Source of the DNA: Macrostomum lignano
Taxonomy: Eukaryota
Assembly (NCBI GenBank): GCA_002269645.1
Contig: NIVC01000254.1
Span: 62,001-126,000, forward strand
Direction: 5' to 3'
Length of the DNA stretch: 64,000 nt
The position numbers were made by a program, and so were the translations under genes. Below the pieces are notes generated by a model. It had not been told where the DNA came from, made no database searches, and was given only the letters and a program-made list of their open reading frames with translations. Shown here piece by piece: positions 23,470 to 46,729 of this stretch (position 1 is the first letter of the stretch; every line of letters begins with the position of its first letter).

Positions 23470-24275
23470 TGTCACGATGTTGGCGTAGCGGCTAACTATG
23501 GCTATGACCCTTAAAAGGGCCGTTTTGACGAGAGTTGTAGTGAGTCGTAGTCCCAAAATAAGTTGAAGTCAACTCTTGTAAATCGGATTTTGTAGCGGAG
23601 CACTTGGCGATGAAGGCAGGAACTGCCGTAGTTGGTTTTATTGGTAGTATCAATATTAGGCTTGGTTATTACTGTCAATACACAAACTATAGCTTTCTGG
23701 GCACTGGCGGCTGCAACAATGGTTTTTTTGAAGAAAAATTGGATATGAAGTCAAGTGACAGACGAATGATGCAATGGCGACGTAACGTGATGAGCAATGG
23801 CAATGAGCACAGTGGAGGCGGTGAGTAGCAGTGGCGAGTTTGGCGTCAGCCGTGGCGTGAGATAAGGAGGCTCGAGGCAGCCAGACAGAGAGAAGGAAAA
23901 CAAGGCTAGACAAGGCTGGACAAGACGAGACAAGACGAGACAAGACGAGACAAGACGAGACAAGACGAGAGAAGCCGAGTGAAGCCCCCAGCCCGCCAGG
24001 CGAGGGTTAATAAAGAGCGCAAAAGGGGGTAGCATAAAACACGGAGAGTTTTCATTGGCTGGCGAGAGAATTTGAAATTATCGATCGTGCCAAAATTCAC
24101 AGACGAGCGCAAGGCCTACCAAATACACAGTGAATTAGCAATTGATACAAATTATTTGCACGCTACTATAAGTAAACGTTAAAATAAACTATTGGAGAAA
24201 TTAATATGAGAAATTGCGAGGGAAACTATAGTCCAACGGCCCTTTTGCGGGACCACTTAAACTAGCAACGTCACA
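23470..24275 (+). mobile_element. Solo LTR just downstream of the CUB gene 2 stop
   Basis: TGTCAC...GTCACA ends, 5-bp duplication GCTCC (23465-23469 and 24276-24280), internal AATAAA and a GACGAGACAA microsatellite. Confidence 0.85.
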
Positions 24276-25004
24276 GCTCCTATCTCTGCAGTGTAAAAGT
24301 TCCGACGTACGATCGAACTTACGCTACGACAGCTTTATAGTACGACCCCACAGTCAATTCCAGATGATGATGAACGATGGCTACGAGCTACATGTATAAT
24401 TATAGCTTTGATGCATTCAGATGGCTTTACATACTCATACATTGTAGCTACTCTGATTCTTCATCATAACCAAGATTTTTGCAAATTTTCTAATTATCTA
24501 TACCTATAAATGAAAATCCATTATAAATTATTCAATTATCTAATTATCCAAATTAATTATCCAAATACTCCATTCTGTAACTTAAAACTGCGATTTTTGT
24601 TTTATATATAAAACTTCTCATGCTTTACAATGTATCTTTTCTGTATGAAATATTTTATTTAAGGTTGATGACTGTAGTTAATTGTTACTCGTAGCATTCT
24701 GCCAGTTCACTTTACTGCTTTCTCAACGCAGCTTCAAACAGCGCATTCGAAATAAATCTGTTGTGGCAGCTTAAGTTCTTGTAAATCGTTTAGTTTTTCG
24801 TCGTTGCGAAAGTCTTAGCGAAATACTTGTCATTTTTGGCAATTAATTCTTCTACTTATAAGTATAGCTGCACGTACTTATTGACCTGTTAAACAGATAA
24901 AGTTTCCCACTATTTAGTTTTAATCTTGATACGATCTTAATCTTAATCTTACTTAATATTCAAGTTTTAAACGACAATAAAAACGTTTTTAATCTCCCTC
25001 CAAG

Positions 25005-25124
25005 ATGTCTGGTTTGTCGCTCGTCGCTCTCGGCTTTGTGCTGGCTCTGATACAGTAAATACATGTAAATACATACATATTAAATAATTCGCAGTTGTTT
25101 TCAACAGTATTTCTACCGCTTCCA
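25005..25124 (+). CDS. Candidate signal-peptide exons of CUB gene 3
   Basis: Exons 25005-25054 and 25108-25124 (53-nt GT-AG intron) would give MSGLSLVALGFVLALIHISTAS, ending in phase 1 and in frame with the exon at 29697. No other support. Confidence 0.35.
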
Positions 25125-25163
25125 GTAATTCGCCTAAGCTACTGTCTATACTACCTAATACTA

Positions 25164-25391
25164 CTCCCGTAAATCTAGCCGCATGCCATCGTCAATAAAA
25201 ATTTAAATGCTAATCCGCACGTAACGAATTTTTAACGCCCCCCCCCCCACAGACAAGCCAAGTGCTTGTAATGCTTTGAACCTTCTGTTGCATAAATAAA
25301 GTGTCTAAGTCTTTGCAAAATACCCTGGTTTTTAGCTGTCGCAAATATTTAAATTTTTTATGAGGATGGCATGCGGCTAGATTTACGGGGG
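25164..25391. mobile_element. MITE with about 45-bp terminal inverted repeats
   Basis: CCCGTAAATCTAGCCGCATGCCATC... at the left is inverted at the right (...GATGGCATGCGGCTAGATTTACGGG). Left flank TA suggests Tc1/mariner type. Confidence 0.7.
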
Positions 25392-26124
25392 TCTAATAAA
25401 TAATAATAGACTGCTACAAAACTTATCAACTTAGCAAAATCGTCACAGTGTAGTAATAATCAAAGCCGAATTACGTAATTCTATTGAGGTCAAAAATTTG
25501 CGTGTGTTTGCTATTTTGGGATTTATCATCTTTTAGAAGATCAGAATGTATGTTAAATTAGCAAAACTTAACAAAAATATTGATGAGGACGCACTTTTTC
25601 CCGAATTCCACGCTCGCACATGGGTTCCAAACTAACTAGCCTACTAACAGCAGGCCATGGGCATTTTTTCTCCTGTTTTTGCGAATTATCATAGAATTCA
25701 TACTAGAAATATGATTTTGCCATACTAGCAGTCATAATAACGTAGGCGCGGCTTTTTGGGTCATAAATCATCGCTTGTGAAGCTGGTCTGACAGCCACCT
25801 GCGCCTCACTCAGTGCTGAGGCTGGCGCCGGATGGTCTGAGGGGATGCGCATGATAACTTTTTTTCATCATTTTTGACAGGCCATCAGATTTATGAGGTC
25901 AGGGCCTATTGTTAGGATTCACTCAAGCGTGTGACAGCTTTGACAGCTATGCGTTTTACCTCTAAAAGTACTTTAGGATTAGCAATTAGCAATTTCATTT
26001 CATTGTCATCACTTTCTACTTAATAAGAGCCTTCTAATGTATATTCTTTCATTAATTTTTGTCATTCCTACGCGAAAAGTCATAAAACATTATGTAGCTA
26101 TTTTGAGTGATTTATGGCCGCACC

Positions 26125-28528
26125 TGTTATGTTTTTATGGCTTTGAGGGAACTGATAGGATCTCCCGGTCACGTAACTTTGGGTAGCAACAAGCTCAGCC
26201 AATCAGAAAATTCGACGTGCGTTATAACAAATCGGCTCAGCCAATCAGAATCGACGTGTTCCATTATAACAAACTGCGGTCCAGTTGGCGGCTATTTAAA
26301 CCGGTGTTTTTGGCCCGCTCGAACTGCAACTGGGTGACACTTGGCTCCACCGGCCAGGAACTCGCTCTCTCTCTCTCTGGCCTGACCGTCGTTTCTTGAT
26401 CTCCGGATTGCGACTTTCCCCGTCATCATCAAGTACGAATTCCCCCGGTCATCAGCAGTGAACGTCAAAGATAAGAGCATCACCTGCTAGCTATCTGCGA
26501 AGGTTGAAACATCAGCATCATCCCGGGTCTACAGTGCGAAGCACTAAGCCGATTCGGTCACTGTGGATTACCTGGTCTCCGGCTGTTGAGTTTCTGATTG
26601 GTTGGGTGAGAGGCTACATAGACTTGCTTGATTGGGTGATCCCTTATCTGTCCCCTGTTTCAGTAGCTGGATTAGGCACACTTTTGCTCATTTTGTTCAG
26701 TAGTGCTGTTACTGAGGTAGAAATTGTAGTGAGTCGCTAGTTTAGTTAGGCGCCGCACTAGTCAGCTGTTGCCCTCGCCCTCGCCCCGGGCTTCTGTCTG
26801 CCGCTGGGCAGTTGCCTGTCCCTCCCGCCTGTCCTCTGGCCTGTCCCTCGCCCGTTTGCCTGTCTGCTTGTTTGTCCTCGTTTGCCCCCGTTTGCCTCGT
26901 GTTCTTGTTTCGCAGTGCCCAGACAGCTTGGTCTGGCCTGCCTCTGTTTCATTCCTTGTTTGGCATCTCCAAATTTGGAGTGCTGTCCTGTTTTTCCGGT
27001 CCCACGGTCACGAGTGCCTTCACTTGTGGGCCTTTTCCCCTTGTCATGTGAGCCAGTCACATGACAAGGCCTTCTTCCTTCTTTAGTCCAAAGTGCAATG
27101 ATTTCATCATTGTACGCTGGGCTCGTGTTTATGGGGAGATCACGTGCGCCCGGACCCCCTTGCCTCCTCTGAGGCATGGCCCGCTTGTTTGTTGCTAAAA
27201 ATAGCAACAGAGTCAGTTATGACTCTCAGTGGGGGTCTTTCGTGCTATGGTGCAATCGATCCTCCCTATAAATGCAGCCCCTCTCATGGCTTGGCTCAGA
27301 CAAGCCTTTCTGTGCCCTTTCGCTCTCACCCCGCACCAGCCCGGCAGGGACTGCTGACGGTGGGCACCTCTGCGCGAGAACTGCTAAATCTGCACGAAGT
27401 GCGAGTCTCTTTCTCTCGTCTTAGTTATTTGCTTCTACGAACTCAGCACCTCACCGAAGGCTGCGACTCTGCGAAGCTGGTGGCAGCACTACCTACGCTA
27501 CGAGAACTAGTTTCTAAGAAACCGGCAGCTAGAGGTCACCGCCCTGCGCCAGGAGACCTTCCAGGCCCTCTCCAGTCGACATCGCAGAAGCCTGTACTTC
27601 ACTGGTGGCAGCGGTGGGATGGAACGCCTCTAGACAACAACAGGCAAGACAACAAACACTTCAAAATCACTTACTAATAGTAGTCTGAAACTCCAATTCA
27701 ATCTGAAGTGTGAAGTGATCTAAGGAGAAGGTTAAATATGACAGTTATTTTTATCGGTTTTATTTCTTTGTTCGCCGATGGCTCAGATGAGTAGCTAAGC
27801 TAGTAGGCGCCGGTCACAGTGGACCAATGGCAAGGCAGTTCTCAGTCGATCAATCTATCAAATCAGTTAGCGAAATTGCCAATAGTGCAGAATCGGCGCC
27901 AGAGATGTACTCTGTGCACTCTAGGTTAGCCAAGCGGCTCGGGTAATGAACCATGCGGTCTCCGATGTTCGAGTTAGTCTATCATCAGCGCTAGGAGAGG
28001 CTGGTTGGTGCGTTGAAGACCAAAAGTACAATTCCTCGTATTTAGCAATGTAATAGTACATGTAGCTACCCCATAGTCTCGCCACTGCAAGAATCCCCTG
28101 CACAAGTCCCCTCTGTACCTGCATGGCAAATGCGACCAAGTCCCAGCAGTGTCCCTTATCATCGGCTATGACTTCGAGATTGACAGCAAAAAGACACTAG
28201 TTGGCAGGTACATGTAAGCGCTAAGCCCCTTCTAGTCGGAAGCCCGATTTCGAAGGCTCCGGTTTGGTGAGCCAGGGCGCACGGGCTGGTGGCAGCGGGT
28301 TAGGGAATCTACGGATAGCTAATTTCTACCTTCAAAATTCTCCCTGCTTGTCTCTCGCTGTCCCTCTCTTAGCTATAGGACCTAGACTGCTCGCCACAGA
28401 TCAAGCTACCATGGGGCTGACCATCTGACATTAGTGGGGGGCCAGGACTCTAATTGATTTATTGCTGAGACCTGAGGCCCGAAGGCTTCCCCACAAGGGG
28501 GCCCAAAGGTCGAAACCCATCAATAACA
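26125..28528 (+). mobile_element. Probable long LTR-like element hosting the nested solo LTR
   Basis: TGTTAT...ATAACA inverted ends, two CAGCCAATCAGA boxes and a TATTTAAA box near 26200-26300. No matching target duplication found. Confidence 0.35.
26725..27663 (+). mobile_element. Solo-LTR-like insertion related to 19699-20757
   Basis: TGTAGTGA...CTTCA with 4-bp duplication AAAT (26721-26724 and 27664-27667). Shares CCCTCGCCCTCGCCC, TGCTAAAAATAGCAAC and TGGTGGCAGCGGTGGGAT blocks with the reverse complement of the other copy. Confidence 0.88.
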
Positions 28529-29696
28529 AGTACACGTATTTGATATGTACGTAATATTATAATAGAAAAAGAGATCTTTCAGTCCTACTGCCTACAGCCG
28601 GTGCAGTAGGGGCTGATGCTGTTGATGCAGTTACGAGCACAGTTCTAGCGATGAGGCTACTTGGCTTTTCGTCAACTGCCTGCTCGCTGATGCAAGAGGA
28701 GAGGAGATTAATTATAAATACCAAATTAACCAATATATAGGAAAACTTCCCTATAAGTTTTATAGGCCTTATTCTCAGGCGAGTTTTTTTTCATATCAAG
28801 AATCTAAAAAAATTGATGCGCTCATTGTAGTTCACTGTTCATACACGGTTTATTAGCTATGTAATTAATTAAACAACTGTTTTTCAGTAATCTTATTACG
28901 GATTTACCGTATAACAACTGGCATAATTCCTCTCATAATTTGCTTTTAATTTTTCTAGAGAATAATATTCTCGGAAAAATATAGCGGTATCAAGTCTAAT
29001 TTACAAAGAAATTTTCGAGTACATTATATTTAAGGTCAAAACGTATATACAATAGCCTGCAGTGCGCTGCAGAGCAGATGTACCAAACTCACCTTAAAGA
29101 GCGTTATTCACTCACAATCTGACGGCTTTCGTATTAAACAAAGCACCATTCTGTTACTATATTTATTCAGAATACAAATAGACATTTTACGAATATTTAT
29201 TTCCTGGGTAACTTTTAAATTGTCGCTCTTTAATTCAGTTACCTAGTAATATTGAGAGTTTCCTATGGCTGCGAGGCATACATGCAGTAGAAATTCATAA
29301 ATATAGGAAATCGATAAGCATGAAAATTTAGTGCTTGTGCGCGCTTAAGTTAACTTATTTTTAATATTGTTTGGACAGACTTCCGTCCCCGCTCCTTGAT
29401 AAATGCTAGAGACAAACAAATCTGCATATTTCACTGTGGTGCATAGGTAGGAAAATTGGAACAAAGCAGAAATATAATACGTGTGCAACAGTCTGTCCCA
29501 ATAGAAGCAATGTGCTTTAGAACTGGATTGAAAAAAGCAACCATCATTTCGTTTCTTCTAATGGTCAGCTACCTAGATCAAATAGCCGGTATGTAAAAAA
29601 ACTCAGATTAGCGACGCCAGCATAAACGGGCCATTTAAATCAAACTACGTCGTCTTCTGCTTATTTTAACAAATACTCGTACTCTTATTCTTACAG

Positions 29697-33510
<3,814 letters not shown>

Positions 33511-34688
33511 CTACGGAAAACTAACAGCAATATAAATACTGATTCATACCGTGCTAGCGTTGATGACTACAGCTATATATATTTACACAGATATAACGAT
33601 TGTGTATTCCTAAAAGTTGTTATCTCTTTAATCAGTCAATAAGTGCTCTAATATTATAAAACTAGCTAATCCTGAATCTTTTATTCGTCTTTAATATATG
33701 CTTGCTTGTCAATAAAACATGCACAATAATACAGCAATAAATTTTACTGAGAATCACTTTACTGCGACCCTTGTTTATAGAATGATTTTAATGTCAATAA
33801 AATCACATGCTCGATCTGTGGAGTTTGTTTAATAAGATTTGATGTCTCCTGCTAGTTAGCTAAACCTGGTTTGACGAGGGAAGAGTTGATGTAATTCTTG
33901 ATTTTTAGTTCGTCCCTTAAGCACTCCCAGATACATTCATTGTACAAAGCTGTATATGTAAAAGTAGGCTAATGTAGCATGTCACATTACTAAGTGTACG
34001 GAAGAAATTTTATACTTTATAAATTAAGAATGGCCCCTTGTACATGTAACAGTATTCGAAAGCAAGCAAAACTACATTGACTTTTAAAACTGCCTTCGGA
34101 AATGTTAACGCAAAAAAGTTGCGTCATCACGCACGATGTACTTTCTGCTGTTAAATTTTGTTTTTGGCGTTTCTGTTCACTTTAAATTCATGATGGACAT
34201 GAGCCACACAAGCCCCCAGGCAGAACTTCCTGCCAAAAATATTAAATACTATTTATTTAAATGTATAGTCGTCAAAAAATTTAGTCGTCGCTATTTGCCG
34301 CTGTTTGCTGCCGAACCTCCTTCCACTCCGGCTGCAATCCACGCCAGCGTACATGCATGCGACTCTCAGATGTTTTGAACTGTCTCGACGCCGCCGCTGA
34401 CACCTGCTGGGAGCTTGCCTGACACCACCGCGATCCAGTCAGTCGACTCCAAACTCCGCGGTCACACCCTGCTCAAGCCATATTCGCGTCTCCAGCGGGC
34501 TGCAGGGTTCGCTGCATGTTCTCACACTTGATGGACCCCACCGGCCGTAGGTATTATTAGACAGCTGCACAGTGACGCCTCCTGTACGTCCTGCTGCGCC
34601 CTTCTTTGATACTTTACATTTTTATAGTTTGAAGCTTACATATGTAAAAAGTCAACAACTAGCAACAATAAGGCCACACTTCCCACTG

Positions 34689-34861
34689 CAGGTGGCGGAT
34701 TTAGGGGGATCGAGCTATACACAGTAGGCGCTGAGCTATAAGTGGGACGCGCCCCATGAGATTTGATCACATTTTATTTTTTATATGAAAAAACACATTA
34801 TCATGTATATATACATGTACCTTAGTAATAACAGGTACAAAATTTTCGGGATCCGCACCTG
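34689..34861. mobile_element. Small hAT-like MITE
   Basis: Inverted ends CAGGTGGCGGAT / ATCCGCACCTG. The 8-bp flanks match only 5/8. Confidence 0.35.
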
Positions 34862-35486
34862 TTCGGCTGTTCACTGATTTAACCCCCCCCCCCCCACAAA
34901 CCCAAGTCAAATTAAGCCTCATGAATTGTCAGACGGAAAATTGAGAAAAGCAGCATTGTTCTAAAGCATATAAATATATCCAGCTACTATAAATTCCAAG
35001 TAAATGATTTTACTTATAAAAAAATTCTGAAAATCATGATAAAACACTAAATATGTACATGTACTAGGGACAAGCATTTATTATAAATGCATTATTTTTG
35101 GAGCGGTAATTTACTTCACAACTGTAAAAAAGAATAATATTCAATTTATAATATAGGAAAATTTTGTTTCTTGTTTTTATTTTTTAAGCAAACATTAAAA
35201 TACTTTACGTAAATATGCAAAATTTTTAATTCTTTTAAAATAACTTTGTTTTAAACTTTAAACTATTTAAAATGTCATTTTTCTACGACTTAACTATCGG
35301 TCGTATGACACGACACGATACGAACGATTATATTAGCAGTAGCAGCGGTAAACAGTTTCATTATTTGAAGTTCATTTAACGCACATGTTAGGTAAATAAA
35401 CAGGGTAGTACCGTAGGCGTAGCTCAGATTTTGGGATTGGGTGTGACAAATATGGCTGTGGGACAAAAGCCTAAAACTGTAAAACA

Positions 35487-35775
35487 TACATGCGCAACCT
35501 CCAAAATTCGGTCGGCCGTGCGACTTAGTTTCAACAAAAAATACGACGTAGTTTTTGGCCAAAAATGCCACTTAGCTACCTGTGAAAGAAACCCTAAAGC
35601 AAAATTAACGCAATTTTGGGTAAACGACAGGAGTAAATTGACTGTCTTATAAGAGCTAAATGCCTTGTCATCTAATTAGTAATACATCTATTTTTGGGAT
35701 AGGCATTTTTGCGACTTACCTTCGTTGGCCGCCTAATCGGCGGCCAAGTCGACTCGGCCGACTGTTGCGCATGTA
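35487..35775 (+). mobile_element. MITE family copy 1 (ends TACATGCGCAAC / GTTGCGCATGTA)
   Basis: 12-bp inverted termini including TA; collinear with the copy at 38951-39243. Confidence 0.85.
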
Positions 35776-37083
35776 TAGTAAAATAATGACATAAATTACA
35801 CCTACTGCTGAAATCATCAATTGACATAATTGCCTCAGGCCTAGGCCCTAGGCCTAGGGCCTACTTATTAAGTTTCAAAAATTCAGTTCACCTTCTTCAT
35901 GTTTATTGCTAAAAAATAGAAAAAATACCTGAAATATGTGTGATGTAGGCTACATCTAGGAATCCTGGGTTCAGCAAAATGAATGGGCATCAGTGTTTCC
36001 CACACTGTATCTGGTTAAGCCCTAGTGATTGCCTAGACTCCAGAGCTAGAGCGCCTTAAAGTTAATGTGCTAAATGACTTACTTTTTAAATATTTTTTAT
36101 AAAATTCAAGTATATATAACTCTAGGTGTTTAGTACATTGATTGTCATTGGATAGTCAAGAAATACCCCATAATTGGCACATAAGTATTTTCTATAGACA
36201 TAAAGTATGCTATGTGACATTTTTTGCTTAAATGCTACATAAGAGAAGAATTTTTATCTACATTGTATGTCAATAGGCCTACATTTTAAAAGAGATAGAT
36301 AGAAAGGAATCTAATACTAGATAATATAGTTATATAGGGAAATGATTAGATGGATATACCAAAAAGTTATAACTTACATATTTACATAGGCCTAGGCCTA
36401 TAGTATTAATAATTATGGCGCTAACAGTAGGCCTAATTTAGAAAATGTGTAGTGGCATATAAAAAATTCTTGGTAGCCTTTGCTACCTATAATGCATGCT
36501 ACATAGGTCTAGCATATGACTACTAAAGATATACTAAAATGTTTCAAAATATAATCTTTAAAGGTAATATATAAATTGAAGCAAAATAATTATGCAATTT
36601 AATTATTTTGCAAATTAGCAATTTTTGCTATTTTAGTTTCAGTTTATTAAAACTGCAAATAGCCTAAAAAGTTTTTGCAAAGCTAAGGACAACTAGGCTA
36701 ATAAGCCTTTTTAATTTCTAGACTTTTGTATTAGGAGACCAGAGACCCTTGATATATATATAGTCATTATAAGCCCTAGTTGTTAAAGCTAAACAAAAAT
36801 TGTGTATTTAATTTAATTTGGAATTAGAAACAAAAAATTTGTTGTCATTTTTTGATTTTTCTATGAATTCCATTTAAATCGATATATTCTATAAACTTGA
36901 AATATGGTATTTAATTATATATGTGTATATAAAGATTTCTGAAAGGTCAAATAAAGGAAGTTTTTGATACTTTCATGTTTAATATAATTACTTCTGCTGT
37001 GCTAATTAATGCCTTCTTGTTTTTTAAATGATTTTCTACTTGCAGATAAAAATTTTCAAAATATGTATATGTAATTATTTCAG

Positions 37084-43556
<6,473 letters not shown>

Positions 43557-43834
43557 TTGTGTGTGAGAGAGAGCTGTGTGCCTGTCTTTCTGGACTCGGG
43601 TGATTTTCTCTTAGTTTGTGTGCATATGCTTTTTCTAATGACATCTGTGGACCTACCAGTAGAATTATGCGGCAGGTTGTAACCCCGCGTGTTTCCCCTT
43701 ATTGGTCCTCTGGTATCAATTTTGTGTTGTGCGCGAGTAATATTGTTGTTTTGGAATTGTTTGATTTCTTTGATTGGTTTCTTTTTACCTGTCTTTTATA
43801 CTCTTCCCACTCTGCCTCCCCTCTCAATCTCCCT

Positions 43835-44690
43835 TCTCATACTCTCCTCTCACTCCCCTCTCACACTCTCCTCTCTCATACTCTCCTCTCTCATACTCTC
43901 CTCTCTCACACTCTCCTCTCTCAGACTCTCCTCTCTCATACTCTCCTCTCTCTTATACTCTCCTCTCTCACACTCTCCCCTCTCTCACACTCTCCTCTCT
44001 CACACTCTCCTCTCTCACACTCTCCTCTCTCACACTCTCCTCTCTCACACTCTCTTCTCTCACACTCTCCTCTCTCACACTCTCCTCTCTCATACTCTCC
44101 TCTCTCACACTCTCCTCTCTCACACTCTCCTCTCTCATACTCTCCCCTCTCATACTCTCCTCTCTCACACTCTCCTCTCTCACACTCTCTTCTCTCACAC
44201 TCTCCTCTCTCATACTCTCCTCTCTCATACTCTCCTCTCTCATACTCTCCTCTCTCACACTCTCCTCTCTCATACTCTCCTCTCTCACACTCTCCTCTCT
44301 CACACTCTCCTCTCTCACACTCTCTTCTCTCATACTCTCCTCTCTCACACTCTCCTCTCTCATACTCTCCTCTCTCACACTCTCCTCTCTCACACTCTCC
44401 TCTCTCATACTCTCCCCTCTCATACTCTCCTCTCTCACACTCTCCTCTCTCACACTCTCTTCTCTCACACTCTCCTCTCTCATACTCTCCTCTCTCATAC
44501 TCTCCTCTCTCACACTCTCCTCTCTCATACTCTCCTCTCTCACACTCTCCTCTCTCACACTCTCCTCTATCATACTCTCCTCTCTCATACTCTCCTCTCT
44601 CATACTCTCCTCTCTCACACTCTCCTCTCTCATACTCCTTTCTCTGACACTCTCCCCTCTCTCACACTCTCCTGTCTCACCCTCCCACTC
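43835..44690. repeat. 15-bp minisatellite TCTCCTCTCTCA(C/T)AC downstream of the ZnT5 stop
   Basis: Tandem copies; explains the periodic ORFs at 43616-44819. Confidence 0.95.
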
Positions 44691-45297
44691 CATTTCCGTC
44701 TCCAATCGCTCTCTATCCAGTTTAAATATTTTCATGCATAGCATATCCGACTCCCTCTCCTCTCTCCCCTTTGTGAGAATATGTATGAGTTCAACCTGAT
44801 TTATCGCACCCATCCACAACGCGGCTGTTAACTCCTGCCACTCATCCTAAGTGCCTGATTATATGCAACTCAAAAATGTATGCCCTAAATCATAATTTAA
44901 GTACCAAGTCTAACTTGATGGACTCAGTACTCAGATACTCGTAATATATACCTGACTTGCTAGTCTTCTGGTGTTCAATTTTATTTAAATCTTGACTTGT
45001 TTGGTTTTGACTTTGTGCCATGCTATAAATTCTTAAGTGTAATTTAATTTGCTTCTAGGATAGACAGTCTGATATAAATATTCACAATTGATTTAATGCG
45101 TTTATTTGATGTTAGCTTGTTAGTTGCAGGCCTGTCTGTTCTATCTGCTCTTTGGAATAAAAATGCTTACTGGATAGATGTACTTTTAATTGTCAGCAAT
45201 TTGTCTTTTTTACCTGTTGCATTGCTTGAAAAATGAGGATAGCTTTACTAAGTTGTCTAAACTATATAAATGTGGCAAACTAGTCTAAGCCCTATTC

Positions 45298-46612
45298 TTC
45301 AGTGTCTGACCCCATTTCCCAGTGCCTGACCCAATTCCCCAGTGCCTGACCCCATTTCCCAGTGCTCGACCCCATTTCCCAGTGCCTGACCCCATTTCCC
45401 AGTGTCTGACCCCATTCCTCAGTGCTCGACCCCATTTCCCAGTGCCTGACCCCATTTCCCAGTGTCTGACCCCATTTCCCAGTGCTCGACCCCATTTCCC
45501 AGTGCCTGACCCCATTTCCCAGTGTCTGACCCCATTCCCCAGTGCTCGACCCCATTTCCCAGTGCCTGACCCCATTTCCCAGTGTCTGACCCCATTTCCC
45601 AGTGTCTGACATCATTCCCCAGTGCCTGAACCCATTTCCCAGTGTTTGACCCCATTCTCCAATGTCTGACCCATTCCCCAGTGCCTGACCCCATTCCCCA
45701 GTGCCTGACCCCATTCCCCAGTGCTCGACCCCATTTCCCAGTGCCTGACCCCATTCCCCAGTGTCTGACCCCATTCCCTAGTGCTCGACCCCATTTCCCA
45801 GTGTCTAACCCCATTCCCCAGTGTCTGACATCATTACCCAGTGCCTGACCCCATTCACCAGTGTCTGACCCCATTCCCCAGTGCCTGACCCCATTCTCCA
45901 GTGCCTGACCCAATTTCCCAGTGCCTGACCCCATTCATCAGTGTCTGACCCCATTCCCCCCCAATATCTGACCCTTTTCCCCAGTGTCTGACATCATTCC
46001 CCAGTGCCTGACCCCATTCCCCAGTGTCTGACCCCATTCCCCAGTGCCTGACCCCATTCTCCAGTGCCTGACCCAATTTCCCAGTGCCTGACCCCATTCC
46101 CCAGTGTCTGACCCCATTCCCCAGTGCCTGACCCCATTCCCTAGTGTCTGACATCATTCCCCAGTGCCTGACCCCATTCCCCAGTGTCTGACATCATTCC
46201 CCAGTGTCTGACCCCATTCCCCAGTGTCTGACATCATTCCCCAGTGCCTGACCCCTTTCCCCAGTGTCTGACCCCAGTCTCCAGTCCTGACCCCATTCCC
46301 CAGTGTCTGACATCATTCCCCAGTGCCTGACCCCATTCCCCAGTGTCTGACCCCAGTCCCCAGTCCTGACCCCATTCCTCAGTGTCTGACATCATTCCCC
46401 AGTGCCTGACCCCATTCCCCAGTGTCTGACATCATTCCCCAGTGTCTGACCCCATTCCCCAGTGTCTGACATCATTCCCCAGTGCCTGACCCCTTTCCCC
46501 AGTGTCTGACCCCAGTCTCCAGTCCTGACCCCATTCCCCAGTGCCTGACCCCATTCCCCAGTGTCTGACATCATTCCTTAGTGCCTGACCCCATTCCCCA
46601 GTGTCTGACCCT
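45298..46612. repeat. 20-bp minisatellite CCCCATT(T/C)CCCAGTG(T/C)CTGA
   Basis: Tandem copies between ZnT5 and TIPIN. Confidence 0.95.
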
Positions 46613-46729
46613 TAATTAAGCTTTATTAACCCTTTGAAATTAAGATTTCGAAGAAAGCTCGTGCATCATCTCCCTAATCACGCCATCCCCGCAGCTCAGC
46701 AAGACTCCAATTATAACTTTCGCTGAGCA

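Noticed and set aside
43616-46574. Long ORFs SHSPL, REESV, GNGVRHW
   Set aside because: Produced by 15-bp and 20-bp minisatellites.
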